From an uncultured Phycisphaerales bacterium (GTDB taxonomy: Bacteria; Planctomycetota; Phycisphaerae; Tepidisphaerales; Tepidisphaeraceae), in NCBI GenBank assembly GCA_963755915.1, contig CAVWLP010000002.1:2368001-2432000 (forward strand): 64,000 nucleotides of DNA, read 5' to 3'. Shown piece after piece: positions 1 to 9,825 of the stretch. The notes beneath the pieces are model-generated. The model made no database searches and had not been told where the DNA came from. It saw only the letters and a program-made list of their open reading frames with translations. The translations under genes were made by a program, and so were the position numbers. Each line of letters begins with the position of its first letter. The first letter of the stretch is position 1.

Positions 1-217
1 GACGCGGGCGGATCCGGTGGCGATGTGCAAGAATCCACCGGCGACGTATGCGCAGCTCGATTATTCATTTTTTCATCCGCTGTCGAGGCAGGGGCCGCTG
101 CGGACGCCGGAGGAGTGGAAGGGGATTATTGAGAATGCGGGGGCGAAGCTGGTGGAGAGGATCGGGGGGTTTGGGACGATTCCGGGGTGGATATCGTTGT
201 TTGTGATTGAGCTGTAA
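1..217 (+). CDS. Partial CDS (3' end), possibly the C-terminus of a SAM-dependent O-methyltransferase
   Basis: Open frame running in from the window edge, ending ...GPLRTPEEWKGIIENAGAKLV..., which resembles the RT..EW..L..AG tail of O-methyltransferases. Confidence 0.4.
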   Translation, partial: TRADPVAMCKNPPATYAQLDYSFFHPLSRQGPLRTPEEWKGIIENAGAKLVERIGGFGTIPGWISLFVIEL

Positions 218-223
218 AGACAG

Positions 224-256
224 GTGTGAAGGTAAGAAGGTGAGAAGGTGTGAAGG
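224..256. repeat. Octamer tandem repeat (GTGTGAAG-like x4)
   Basis: gtgtgaag gtaagaag gtgagaag gtgtgaag directly before the SDR start codon. Confidence 0.7.
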
Positions 257-981
257 ATGTCTAAGACGGCGGTGATTACGGGAGCTTCGGGGGGGATTGG
301 GCGCGCGGTGTGTAAGACGCTGGCGGGGATGGGGTTCGGGGTTGTGATGGTGGGGAGGGATCGGGAGAAATTGGAGCGGGCGCGGAGGGAGATGGAGATT
401 TCCGAAGGCGCGGCGAGGATCTTTGTTTGTGATGTGACGGATCGTGGGGCGGTGAAGGGGATGGTGGAGGAGGTGGGACAGGTTGATGTGCTGGTGTGTG
501 CGGCGGGGATCAATATTGCGCAGAGGAGTTTGCGGTCGCTGGATCCGGGGGAGTGGGACCGGGTGATCGATGTCAATCTGAACGGGGCGTTTAATGTGAT
601 TCATTTTGTGCTGCCGGGGATGCGGGCGCGGGGGGATGGGATCATCATTCAGATTGGATCGGTTTCGGGGTTGCGGGCGAATGTGCTGGCGGGGCCGGCG
701 TATTCGGCGTCGAAGTTTGCGCAGATGGCGCTGGGGGTTTGTATTGGGAGGGAGGAGCGGGGGAGGGGAATACGATCTACGGTGATTTGTCCGGGGGAAG
801 TGAATACGCCGTTTTTGGATCAGCGGGCGGGAAGGCCGGGGGGGACGGATGGGGCTGGGCGGAGGGAGCTGATTTTGCAGCCGGAGGATGTGGCGGCGGC
901 GGTGAAGTTTGTGGTGGAGCTGCCGGCGCGGCGCATGTGCCGGAGCTGGTGATTAAGCCTACGATTGATGATTTTTCATGA
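257..981 (+). CDS. Short-chain dehydrogenase/reductase (frameshift near 925)
   Basis: TGASGGIG Rossmann motif and YSASK catalytic motif; the typical C-terminus HVPELVIKPT continues in another frame to 981. Confidence 0.9.
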
Positions 982-1005
982 TGCGACTTGGAAGGGCGAA
1001 GACAC

Positions 1006-1025
1006 CTGCCGACTAAAGTCGGCAG
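1006..1025. repeat. Perfect hairpin (REP-like or terminator-like)
   Basis: ctgccgact-aa-agtcggcag downstream of the SDR. Confidence 0.5.
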
Positions 1026-1107
1026 ACCGGGTGGGTCATTCATAGGGATTAGGTGGCGATGCGGGCGACGCAGATAGCGAAACGATTTGAGCGGGCGATA
1101 AAGCGTC

Positions 1108-1896
1108 GTGGAATACTGGGCGCGCTTGCGGTGGCGCCGCGCGGGATGGGCTTCGCTTCGGCCGATCCTGCCCGGATCGGCGCGGCGCGGCAAAAAGCAG
1201 CTTGAGATGGAGCAGCAGTGGGACCTGGAACATGGAGTGGAAACGGAGGGTGTCGTTCATCCTGCAAATCTGGATGCATGCACTGAGAATTGGGTGCATG
1301 GGGTTCAGTATCAGCCGAGTGCTCCGGTGGAATTTCATCGGGTGATTTCGTCGGTGTCACTGGAGTTCGAGCGATTTATTTTCGTGGATGTGGGCTCGGG
1401 GAAGGGGCGCGGACTGGTACTGGCCGCCCAGTATCCGTTTTGCAAAATCATCGGGGTGGAGTTTTCCAGGGGACTTCATGCGGTGGCGCAACGGAATGTC
1501 ATCCGGGCGGGGTTGAACGGGCGCGTAGAGCTGGTTTGTGCGGATATTCTGGATTGGCCGCTGCCGTTCGTTAGAGGGTCACACTTGGAGGGACGCGCTG
1601 CTCTTGATGGGTCGACGCTGCGCCGCGGAGTCGCGGGCAAACGGGGGGAGGAAGTTGCTGATGCGTTGGGTCTGGCGATTTATCTTTATAACCCGTTCGA
1701 TATGGTGGTGATGCGGGGGTTTGTCGCGAGGGTGGAGCGATCGCTGCGGGAGAATTGGCGGCCGACGTGGGTTTTCTATTCGAATCCAAGGGAGGCGCGG
1801 GCGTGGGATGAATCTTCGTCGTTCCGGCGGGCGGCGGAGGGACGGGATGGAGATGGGTACGTGGTTTGGCGGAGCGTGGAGCAGGAGAAGAAATGA
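1108..1896 (+). CDS. Class I SAM-dependent methyltransferase
   Basis: FVDVGSGKGR motif I, IIGVEFS and YLYNPF motifs; carries an apparent ~30 aa in-frame insertion before YLYNPF. Confidence 0.85.
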   Translation: MEYWARLRWRRAGWASLRPILPGSARRGKKQLEMEQQWDLEHGVETEGVVHPANLDACTENWVHGVQYQPSAPVEFHRVISSVSLEFERFIFVDVGSGKGRGLVLAAQYPFCKIIGVEFSRGLHAVAQRNVIRAGLNGRVELVCADILDWPLPFVRGSHLEGRAALDGSTLRRGVAGKRGEEVADALGLAIYLYNPFDMVVMRGFVARVERSLRENWRPTWVFYSNPREARAWDESSSFRRAAEGRDGDGYVVWRSVEQEKK

Positions 1897-3091
1897 GCGG
1901 TTTGCCAGTGAGCGTTGGAACGGAGGTGAAGGAGGGGGATCGCGGCGCGGAGCCTACGCGAGAGAAGAGCGCGGCAATTCGGCGCTACGCGGGTGCGGAA
2001 TGTTTGGAATTGATCGCCAATTGCCGTGAAGAATGGATGAAGGCGCTGAGAAGGGGTGCGGGGGGTGCGGTGGACTTGCACGCGGATTTATTAGATTCCG
2101 CATGGGGGGAACGGGCGGTGGTTTTATTCAGCGAGGCGGATGATGAGGGGGAAGGCGCGCGGTTCGCTGCTTTGGCGGGCCAGCCGATCATTTTGCGAAT
2201 GCTGGCGAAACCAAGGGTGCGGGTGCGCCTGTCCGGCCATCGGCTGATCGGCAGCGAGATCGTGGGATGCGCGACGGCGCGGGAGCGCCGTCCGTTCATC
2301 GAGGGGATGTTCGATCTCGTGGCTGGGCGGGAGACCGAATGCGTTATGGTGGACGACCTGGAGGTTGGCTCGGCGATGCAGGAGGCGCTGGCGTCGCAGG
2401 CCGGATCGGATCGGCGCATCATGCTGCATCAGCCGGCGGCATCGCAAGCGAGATGGTGGATTGAGTTTGGGGGAGATCCCGGGCGATATTGGGAGAAATT
2501 TTCGAAAAAAACCCGGGAGACGCTGCGAAGCAAGGTGCGGAAACTGGGGCACGAACTGGTGAAATTCACATCGGTTGACGAGGCGCTGGAATTCTTGAAG
2601 TTGGCGGAAGAGATTTGCGCACGAGCTGGCAGAGCAAGCAGATGGGCTTGCGCATCTCGGATAGCGCGGGATCACGGGAATATTGGCGGAAGGTGGCGGG
2701 AATCGGAGCGTTTCGATCTTATGTTCTGCGGCAGGGGGAGCGACCGATTGCGTTCATGGTTGGACGGCAGTGGGAAGGGAAATTTTATTATGAGGAGGCG
2801 GGATACGATCTGGCGTTGGCCAAGCAATCGCCGGGGACGGTGCTGCAGGTGCGAGTGATTGAGGATTTGATCGAACACGACACGCCGCGTTTATTCGATT
2901 TCAGCTTTGGCGATGGAGAGCACAAACGGTTTTTCGGGAATCGACAGACGAGCAGCGCGGCGGTTTTGGTGCTGCGGAGGTCGTGGAGAAACCTGGCGAT
3001 TTCGGGACTTCAGCGGGCCAGTGCCTCGGCGGTGGCGAGTCTTCGTTCATCGAGGTTGTACAAGCGACTGCGCCGGGCGCAGCGGGCGTGA
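1893..3091 (+). CDS. GNAT family N-acetyltransferase, CelD/BcsL-like (frameshift near 2620)
   Basis: YWEKFSKKTRETLRSKVRKL, then in the next frame GYDLALAKQSPGTVL and FDFSFGDGEHKRFF; ATGA overlap with the upstream gene. Confidence 0.8.
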
Positions 3092-3097
3092 ATCAGG

Positions 3098-4075
3098 ATG
3101 AATCGAAGGGCGTATATTCTGGTTCTGATGGTGGCGGCGCTGGCGGGGACGATGTGGGTGATCTCGCCACAGGCTGACGTGGCGGACACTACGGCGGGGG
3201 CGAGTACGCAGCCGGATCTGGGGGTGGGGGCGAGTTTGCACGGCCGGCGGATGTTTCCGGCGGATAACTGGTGGAACCGGGATATATCGAACGATCCGGT
3301 AGATGCGGATTCAGATGCGATTGTGGCGGGGATCGGGGTGGGGAAGTCGCTGCATCCGGATTTTGGGACGGGGCAGAACGGGGCGGCGTATGGGATTCCG
3401 TATATGGTGGTGAGCGGGGACCAGGCGAAGGTTCCGGTGAGGTTTTCGACGAATGATGAGAGTGATGCGGGGCCGTATCCAATTCCGCCGGACGCGCCGG
3501 TGGAGGGGGGAGCGAACAGCGACGGCGATCGGCATGTGATCGTGCTGGATCGGGACCACTGGATGTTGTACGAGATTTTTGCGGCGCGGCAGAATCCGGA
3601 TGGGTCGGGATGGAGCGGGTATTCGGGGGCGATTTTTGATCTGAATTCGAATCGGCTCAGGCCCAGCGGGTGGACGAGCGCGGACGCGGCGGGGTTGCCG
3701 ATATTGCCGGGGCTGGTGAGATATGACGAGGTGGTGGAGCAGGGGCATATCGATCATGCGCTGCGGTTTACGTGCCGGCGGACACGGCGGGCGTTTATCG
3801 CGCCGGCGACGCATTTTGCGGCGCATTCGGACAGTGCGGATTTGCCGCCGATGGGCATGCGGGTGAGGCTGAAGGCGTCGGTGGATATTGACGGGTTTCC
3901 CCCGACGGCGCAGGTGGTGCTAAAGGCGTTGAAGCAGTATGGGATGATATTGGCGGATAATGGGGGGAGTTGGTTTATCAGCGGGGCGCCTGATCCGCGG
4001 TGGAACGATGCGGAGATCGAGACGCTGAAGCGGGTTCATGGGGGGGATTTTGAGGTGGTGCAGATGGAGCAGTAG
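3098..4075 (+). CDS. Conserved hypothetical secreted protein
   Basis: N-terminal hydrophobic signal; motifs WNRDIS, GDRH, WTSADAAGLP, RYDEV..G.I.HALRFT, YGMILADNG. Confidence 0.75.
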   Translation: MNRRAYILVLMVAALAGTMWVISPQADVADTTAGASTQPDLGVGASLHGRRMFPADNWWNRDISNDPVDADSDAIVAGIGVGKSLHPDFGTGQNGAAYGIPYMVVSGDQAKVPVRFSTNDESDAGPYPIPPDAPVEGGANSDGDRHVIVLDRDHWMLYEIFAARQNPDGSGWSGYSGAIFDLNSNRLRPSGWTSADAAGLPILPGLVRYDEVVEQGHIDHALRFTCRRTRRAFIAPATHFAAHSDSADLPPMGMRVRLKASVDIDGFPPTAQVVLKALKQYGMILADNGGSWFISGAPDPRWNDAEIETLKRVHGGDFEVVQMEQ

Positions 4076-4112
4076 ATTCGATTGCCGAATGCCGATTGCC
4101 AAATGCCGAATG
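4076..4112. repeat. Heptamer tandem repeat (ATTGCCG/AATGCCG)
   Basis: attgccg aatgccg attgcca aatgccg aatg. Confidence 0.75.
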
Positions 4113-4192
4113 AAAGGCGCGTAGGGCGTGCCTTTTGTTCGGCATTTGTCGTTTGGGGGGAAAGGGAACTGAGGAGCGTTGGCGGATTTTGC

Positions 4193-4233
4193 TTGACGGA
4201 AGGAGAAACCGCTGTAGCATAGTAACCGTTTAC
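4193..4233 (+). promoter_or_regulatory. Candidate sigma70 promoter with a LacI-type operator upstream of the GH10 gene
   Basis: TTGACG (4193) -16 nt- TAGCAT (4215), followed by the near-palindrome GTAACCGTTTAC (4222-4233); GGAGG RBS at 4281. Confidence 0.4.
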
Positions 4234-4294
4234 TCTGAAGATTTCCGAGCGTTTTAGAGGTTGCCGAGCAATTTGTTTGCGGAGGACTCGGTCA

Positions 4295-7252
4295 ATGAAA
4301 TCGTTGAAGCGTTGCCTGGCGGCGGCGGTGTGGGGAGTTCCTGCGTTTGGCTGGGGGCAGACGGTAATAAACGGGGACAACATGGCGCTGCTATCGAGCG
4401 GCGCGGCCAGCGGGAGCGGCTGGACATTGAGCAGCGATGGGTATGTGGGGAGCTACATCACCCTGGGGACCGCGGAACCGGTGACGTTTACACTGAATGC
4501 AAGCGGTGTTGCGTCGAACGGGCTGAATCCGGACATGTCGCTGTCGATCGCGGACAGCACGGATTCGTTCAGCGTGACGCCGGGGAGCTCGAATAATTAT
4601 ACGTATACGACGCCCACGCTGCCGGCGGGGACGTATCTGGTGCGGACGCAACTGGACAACCAGAATGCGACGCAGACGCCGAGTTTGACGGTGAATTCGA
4701 TGACGGTTTCGGGGGCGGGGATCTCGGTTTTGCAGGGGTCGGCGAACAACAGCAGCACCAATGCGATGGCGGCGGCGACGACATATGCGCAGAATTTCCG
4801 GTCGGGTTCGGCGACGATTTCGCTGACGAATGGAAATGGGCTGCAGCTTGGGGCGGGGACACAGGTGCAGGTGAAGCTGATCAGCAATGCGTTTACGTTT
4901 GCGGGGGCGGTGTATGGGTTCGATCCGTACTATGAGCCGGCGCAGTGGTTAAACGGAGGGGTTTCCACGCCGGTGAGCTCGGCGCCGAACACGACGGAGG
5001 AGATCAGTTATCAGAACGCGATTCTGTCGAATTTCAACGCGATTGTGCCGTCGAATGCGGGGAAATGGGGGAACAACGAGAACACGCAGGGAAGCGTGAA
5101 CATGAATACGGTTGACGCGATGACGGATTTCGCGGTGCAGCATGGGCTGGCGGTGCGGATGCATAACGGTTTTTGGGGGGCGACGGAGCAGCCGGGGTTC
5201 GTCAATACCTGGTTCAGCGCGATCGACAGCGGGTCACCGAACGCGGCGGCAGATCTCGCGTCCCTCAAGAGCGCGATGACGAGCCGGGTGAATTATTATT
5301 TGTCGGGAAACAACGGGGCGCTGGGGACGCCGCGGACGGACAGTTACCAGGAAGTGGATCTTTTTAACGAGCTTTGGCATACGCAGGCGGATTCGGACAA
5401 TTACCTCGGGGTGCTGGGGTATCAGGGGGTGGCGAATTATTACGCGCAAGCGGCGACGGATATTAAGAATGCGGGGGCGAATACGCGGCTGTACACGAAT
5501 GAGTACAACGTGCTTCAGTTTTCGCCGGCGACGATAAGCAGCAGCGGCGCGGCGAGCGGGTCGGACCCATATGCGAACTGGTATTTGAAGGGGATTCAGA
5601 CGATTCAGAACGATGGGGGGCCGATTTCGGGGGTGGGGATGGAACTGTACGTCGATACGAACGACGCGGTGAACGCGGCGCAGATGGAAGATGCGATGCA
5701 GAATTTGTCGGTGGACAAGACGGCCAGCGGAGCGGCGGCGGCGTTGTCGCTGACGGAATTCGGGGTTGGGACGGGGGATTCACCGTCGAACAGCACGTAC
5801 GATACGGATTTGACGACGGCGCTGACGATGATTTACGGGACGCCGCAGGCGACGACGTTTGGGTATTGGGCGGGAATTGGGGGACCGAACGACAACACTC
5901 CCTACTCGCTTTACAACAGCAGCTATCAGCTCACGTCGGCGGGGCAGACGTTTGAGAACTGGATGAGCCAATGGCAGACGAACGATACGCTGACGACGAA
6001 TTCCAGCGGGCAGGTTTCGTTTAACGGGACGTATGGCCTGTACGACGTGATCGTGGACGGAGTGACGTATGAGCTGGACCTGGTGAAGGGGACGACGAAT
6101 TACGGGATGATGACGCCAATCAGCGGGGCGACGTGGACTGGGGGTGGCGCGGATAATAATTGGAATACGGCTGGGAACTGGGGGAGCACGGCGCTGACGG
6201 CGAATGCGCCGCTGGTTTTTGCGGGGAATGCGAATCTTTCGCCGAACAATAACTCGGCGGCGAATACGGCTTATTCGGGGATTACGTTCAATCCGGGGGC
6301 GGCAGCGTTTTCGATCGGGGGGAATGCGATTGAACTCTCTGGGAACATCGTGAACAACAGCAGCAATTCGCAGGCGATCAACCTGAACATCGCGCTGGAA
6401 GCGAACGCGACGCTGAATACGGCAAGCGGGAACCTGGCGATCGGGGGGAATATCAGCGGGGCGTTTTCGATCACCAAAACCGGGGCAAATATCCTGACGC
6501 TTTCGGGGACGAACAGTTACAGCGGTGCGACGACGGTTAGCACGGGCGGGCTGGTGGTGGGGTCGGCGGGGGCGCTGCCGGCGATGACGAGCCTGGCGAT
6601 TGGGAACGCGACGTCGGTGCAGCTAAGCACCGGCGTCGGGCAGGTGACGGTGGCGGGGCTGTCGATCGCGGGGACAGGGGTGCTGGATATCACGAACAAT
6701 CACATGATCATCACCTACGGGTCGAGCGATCCGATCGGGACGATCGAGGGGTATCTTGCCAGCGGGTTTAACAATGGGGAGTGGAATGGGCCGGGGATTA
6801 TTTCTTCGGCGGCGCAGACGCTGAATAATGGGCTGGAGTATGGGGTCGGATTCGCGGACGGGGCGGATGGGGTGGTGGCGGGGTTGAGTTCGGGGCAGAT
6901 TGAATTGAAATACACCCTGCTGGGAGATGCGAATCTGGATGGGACGGTGAACGGGTCGGACTTCAGCATCCTGGCGTCGAACTTTGGAACCGGGGCGACG
7001 AACTGGGACCAGGGGAATTTTCTGTTCAGCAGCTCAGTGAATGGGTCGGATTTCTCGGCGCTGGCGGCAAACTTTGGGCAGGGAGACAACGGGGCGGATA
7101 ATGAGGTGACGCCGGCGGACGTGGCGGCGCTGGATGCGTTTGCGGCGGCGAATGGATTGCTGGCGGATGTTCCGGAGCCGGGGTGCGCGGCGCTGGCGGG
7201 GATTGGGGTGCTAATCGCGGCGCGACGGCGTGTGCGGCGCGTGGGGAAATAA
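4295..7252 (+). CDS. GH10 endo-1,4-beta-xylanase-like protein with autotransporter-associated beta-strand repeat, dockerin-like module and PEP-CTERM anchor
   Basis: Signal peptide; NAGKW, VRMHNGFW, DLFNE (acid/base Glu), LYTNEYN, LTEFG (nucleophile Glu); TKTGANILTLSGTNSYSGATTV; GDANLDGTVNGSDF; VPEP + TM + RRR. Confidence 0.85.
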   Translation: MKSLKRCLAAAVWGVPAFGWGQTVINGDNMALLSSGAASGSGWTLSSDGYVGSYITLGTAEPVTFTLNASGVASNGLNPDMSLSIADSTDSFSVTPGSSNNYTYTTPTLPAGTYLVRTQLDNQNATQTPSLTVNSMTVSGAGISVLQGSANNSSTNAMAAATTYAQNFRSGSATISLTNGNGLQLGAGTQVQVKLISNAFTFAGAVYGFDPYYEPAQWLNGGVSTPVSSAPNTTEEISYQNAILSNFNAIVPSNAGKWGNNENTQGSVNMNTVDAMTDFAVQHGLAVRMHNGFWGATEQPGFVNTWFSAIDSGSPNAAADLASLKSAMTSRVNYYLSGNNGALGTPRTDSYQEVDLFNELWHTQADSDNYLGVLGYQGVANYYAQAATDIKNAGANTRLYTNEYNVLQFSPATISSSGAASGSDPYANWYLKGIQTIQNDGGPISGVGMELYVDTNDAVNAAQMEDAMQNLSVDKTASGAAAALSLTEFGVGTGDSPSNSTYDTDLTTALTMIYGTPQATTFGYWAGIGGPNDNTPYSLYNSSYQLTSAGQTFENWMSQWQTNDTLTTNSSGQVSFNGTYGLYDVIVDGVTYELDLVKGTTNYGMMTPISGATWTGGGADNNWNTAGNWGSTALTANAPLVFAGNANLSPNNNSAANTAYSGITFNPGAAAFSIGGNAIELSGNIVNNSSNSQAINLNIALEANATLNTASGNLAIGGNISGAFSITKTGANILTLSGTNSYSGATTVSTGGLVVGSAGALPAMTSLAIGNATSVQLSTGVGQVTVAGLSIAGTGVLDITNNHMIITYGSSDPIGTIEGYLASGFNNGEWNGPGIISSAAQTLNNGLEYGVGFADGADGVVAGLSSGQIELKYTLLGDANLDGTVNGSDFSILASNFGTGATNWDQGNFLFSSSVNGSDFSALAANFGQGDNGADNEVTPADVAALDAFAAANGLLADVPEPGCAALAGIGVLIAARRRVRRVGK

Positions 7253-7278
7253 AAAAGGCCCGCTCACAAGAGCGGGCC
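7251..7278. terminator. Rho-independent terminator between convergent genes
   Basis: aaaaaa ggcccgctc acaa gagcgggcc; the T-tract lies on the minus strand. Confidence 0.8.
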
Positions 7279-7301
7279 GATGTGATTTTAGCATTAGACA
7301 A

Positions 7302-7949
7302 CTAAATCGCAGTTGAGCCGTCAATCAGGCGACGGTTTTGCGCCCGGCGACCGAGCAGAGCTGCGCTGGTCAATCCCATAATAGCGAGAGTGGTGGGCTC
7401 CGGGACGTACGGAGTGGTGATGGTGTTGACCACTTTTTGGTTGCCGGTTTCGGTGTCCTCGGCACCAGAGGCGCCGTAGGTGTTGACGCCTGTATTGAGG
7501 TCGGTGGTCCAGAGGGTCAGAATTCCGCTTGCGCCTGCGCCGGGTTCGGAGTAGCTGGAGCCGTTGTAGGCGAAGCTTAGATTCTCAATGCTGGGATTGT
7601 CTACGTGTCCCAACGAGGCCATCTGGGTATTGAGAGCGGGATCGATGGCATTTCCGGTTAGTTGCTGGGTGAGATTGAGGTTGGCGGTACCGAAGCCAGT
7701 GATTCCGGTGAGGGACCATGCGTCGGGGCCAGTAGTGATAAGGTCGGGGAAGTCGTAGATGACAAATCCCTGGCCTGTATTGACGGTCCCGTTACTGGCG
7801 GCGACGAATGATATTGAATACTGATATTCGCCCGTCGCCGGGTTGGATGAGGAGTTGCCGATACTGAAGGTTGCCCTTGCGGCTTGGGTGCCGAAGAGCA
7901 AGACAGCGACAGTGAGACTGCCCAAAAGCGATAGATTCTTTCCGATCAT
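7302..7949 (-). CDS. PEP-CTERM sorting domain surface protein
   Basis: GGAGG RBS before the ATG at 7949, signal peptide (AARA), C-terminal VPEPTTLAIMGLTSAALLGRR. Confidence 0.85.
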   Translation of the reverse strand: MIGKNLSLLGSLTVAVLLFGTQAARATFSIGNSSSNPATGEYQYSISFVAASNGTVNTGQGFVIYDFPDLITTGPDAWSLTGITGFGTANLNLTQQLTGNAIDPALNTQMASLGHVDNPSIENLSFAYNGSSYSEPGAGASGILTLWTTDLNTGVNTYGASGAEDTETGNQKVVNTITTPYVPEPTTLAIMGLTSAALLGRRAQNRRLIDGSTAI

Positions 7950-8093
7950 AAGGCCCCTCCGGGGTTGCCGAATGTTTGTGCCAAAAAGCGACATACAATC
8001 CTTTAAACGCGACAGATAAGTTGCAAAAAAAATCACTTCCGAACAAAACTTCAACTGATTATTCGACCACGACTGCCTTCGCCTGAAGAGGAA

Positions 8094-8759
8094 TTAATTC
8101 AAAGCCTCCGGTGGCAAGCGGAGTTTTTTCGCGAGCCCCGCACAAAGGAGCAGGGACATTAAGACGCCGCCGCCCCAGAACGACGCGGGGAGAGCGACGG
8201 GTATACTTCCAAATGTCGGGCTTCCGGGAACATAGACGGTGCTGTTGTCGAGCGCCGCTACTATCGAAAGATTCGACGGGGGTTGTCGTATATCCGCTGG
8301 TGGGAAGCGCGGTAATGGTCAAGATTCCCGTGTAAGTGGAGTTAGTGATTTCGGGGCCGGTATAGGAGTAGCTCAGATTGGTAAAGCCGTTGGTGCCACT
8401 AGTGCCGGCGTTATTGTCCAACAAGTTGTTGGTGAGGGTGACCGTAGAGGCAGGGAACATCACGGGCCCGGAAGATGAGGAGATGGCGTTGAAGAAGGTG
8501 CTGGTGGTCGGGGAGAAGGTTCCGGGCAGGCCGGGGATGGTGAGGCTCGAACCTGTAAATCCGGCGATGTTGTAAATGACGAATCCATTGCCGTTGGTGA
8601 CGTCGGCAAGAGGATCGATAGAAATATTGTAGGTATAAACGCCGGCGCCAGGATTGACCGAAAAAGAGGTGACGCTGATGGTGTCGGCACCGGCGAATCG
8701 GCAAATGGACAGAAGGCAGCCGAGAGCGACGACGGACAGGATGGTGGATCGTGGCGCAT
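8094..8759 (-). CDS. Secreted surface protein paralogous to 7302-7949, with a variant (VPLPA-like) C-terminal sorting signal (two frameshifts)
   Basis: Manual translation across frames gives ILSVVALGCLLSICRFAGA/DTISV...YTYNISID...GNGFVIYN...NLSYSYTG...GILT...IPVALPASFWGGGVLMSLLLCAGLAKKLR. Confidence 0.7.
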
Positions 8760-9280
8760 AATTGCATCCCCTTTCCGTGCACGATGGATTTTTACGGCTT
8801 TATGCATTTTCTCCGACCTCGCCGTAAGTATGGACTTGTCTGAAGGCAGTACACCCGAAACCTGACTTCAGCCAATAAAGTAACGGTACAGGCCGCAAGT
8901 GTCAATCAAATTAACATTATTTAACGGTTCCTGCGATTGGGGAGCAAACGGTTGCATAAAGCCAAGGGCTGTCGCAATCGACGCATCCATAAATCGCCGT
9001 ATGTTATTTATTTGAAATAATTTAGCATACGATTAGGAAACGATGGATTTTATTTGTTGGATTGGAAGGGTGGCGTGCGTTATATCCTAACATTATACGA
9101 ACTAAAGATTCTCCGCATTTTTTGCGCGAGTTTGCGTGCATATGTTCGCCGAACTGGGGGCGATTGGGATTGCCGACCTGAATACTTTGAGCGGAGTGGT
9201 GCGGGCTCATCAGGGGGCGAAGGAAGCGGGGCGCCGGCTTTGCGTGGGTGCGCAATGCGGTGGGTGGTAATCGAAAGACG

Positions 9281-9307
9281 CGCCCCACAAGTGGGGCGGC
9301 TACACGG
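9281..9307 (-). repeat. GTAG-type REP element
   Basis: Minus strand reads GTAG-CCGCCCCAC-TT-GTGGGGCG; near-identical copies at 36940 and 55426. Confidence 0.75.
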
Positions 9308-9339
9308 AAGAGGATGCTCTGGGATCGCGCCTGTTCTTT

Positions 9340-9804
9340 TCAGGTGCGATGCTGTCCCGGCTGGTATTGACCCGCGACGGTGCGGAAGGCGACGCTGAGG
9401 CGGTTCCAGCCGTTGATGGTGACGATGGCCATTGTGAGCTTGACGAGTTCTTCCTCGCCGAAATGGGCGCGGACGCGGTCGTAGACGTCGTCGGGGACGA
9501 AGCCGTCGGTGAGAAGGGTGACGGATTCGGTCCATTCGAAGGCGGCGCGTTCGCGGTCGGTGTAGTAGGGGTTTTCGCGCCAGGCGGTGAGGCCATAGAG
9601 GCGCTGTTCGGTTTCGCCGGCGGCGCGGAGGTCCTTCCAGTGCATGTCGATGCAGAAGGCGCACTGGTTGATCTGGGAGGCGCGGAGTTTGACGAGCTCG
9701 ACGAGCCGTTGGTCGATGCCGCTGGAGCGGACATAGCGTTCCACGGTTGCCTGGGCTTTGTATGCGTCGGGAACCAACTCGTGCCAGTTGATTCTTTCTT
9801 TCAT
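9340..9804 (-). CDS. Carboxymuconolactone decarboxylase / AhpD-like protein
   Basis: ELVKLRASQINQCAFCIDMH and INGWNRL motifs. Confidence 0.9.
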   Translation of the reverse strand: MKERINWHELVPDAYKAQATVERYVRSSGIDQRLVELVKLRASQINQCAFCIDMHWKDLRAAGETEQRLYGLTAWRENPYYTDRERAAFEWTESVTLLTDGFVPDDVYDRVRAHFGEEELVKLTMAIVTINGWNRLSVAFRTVAGQYQPGQHRT

Positions 9805-9825
9805 TTTTGGGGGCTCCGAGTTTTT

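Noticed and set aside
8098-8130. c-di-GMP-I riboswitch-like AAAGCCTCCGG...AGCGGAGTT
   Set aside because: It lies antisense within the 3' end of a CDS and lacks the upstream GCAAA/GNRA P2 elements.
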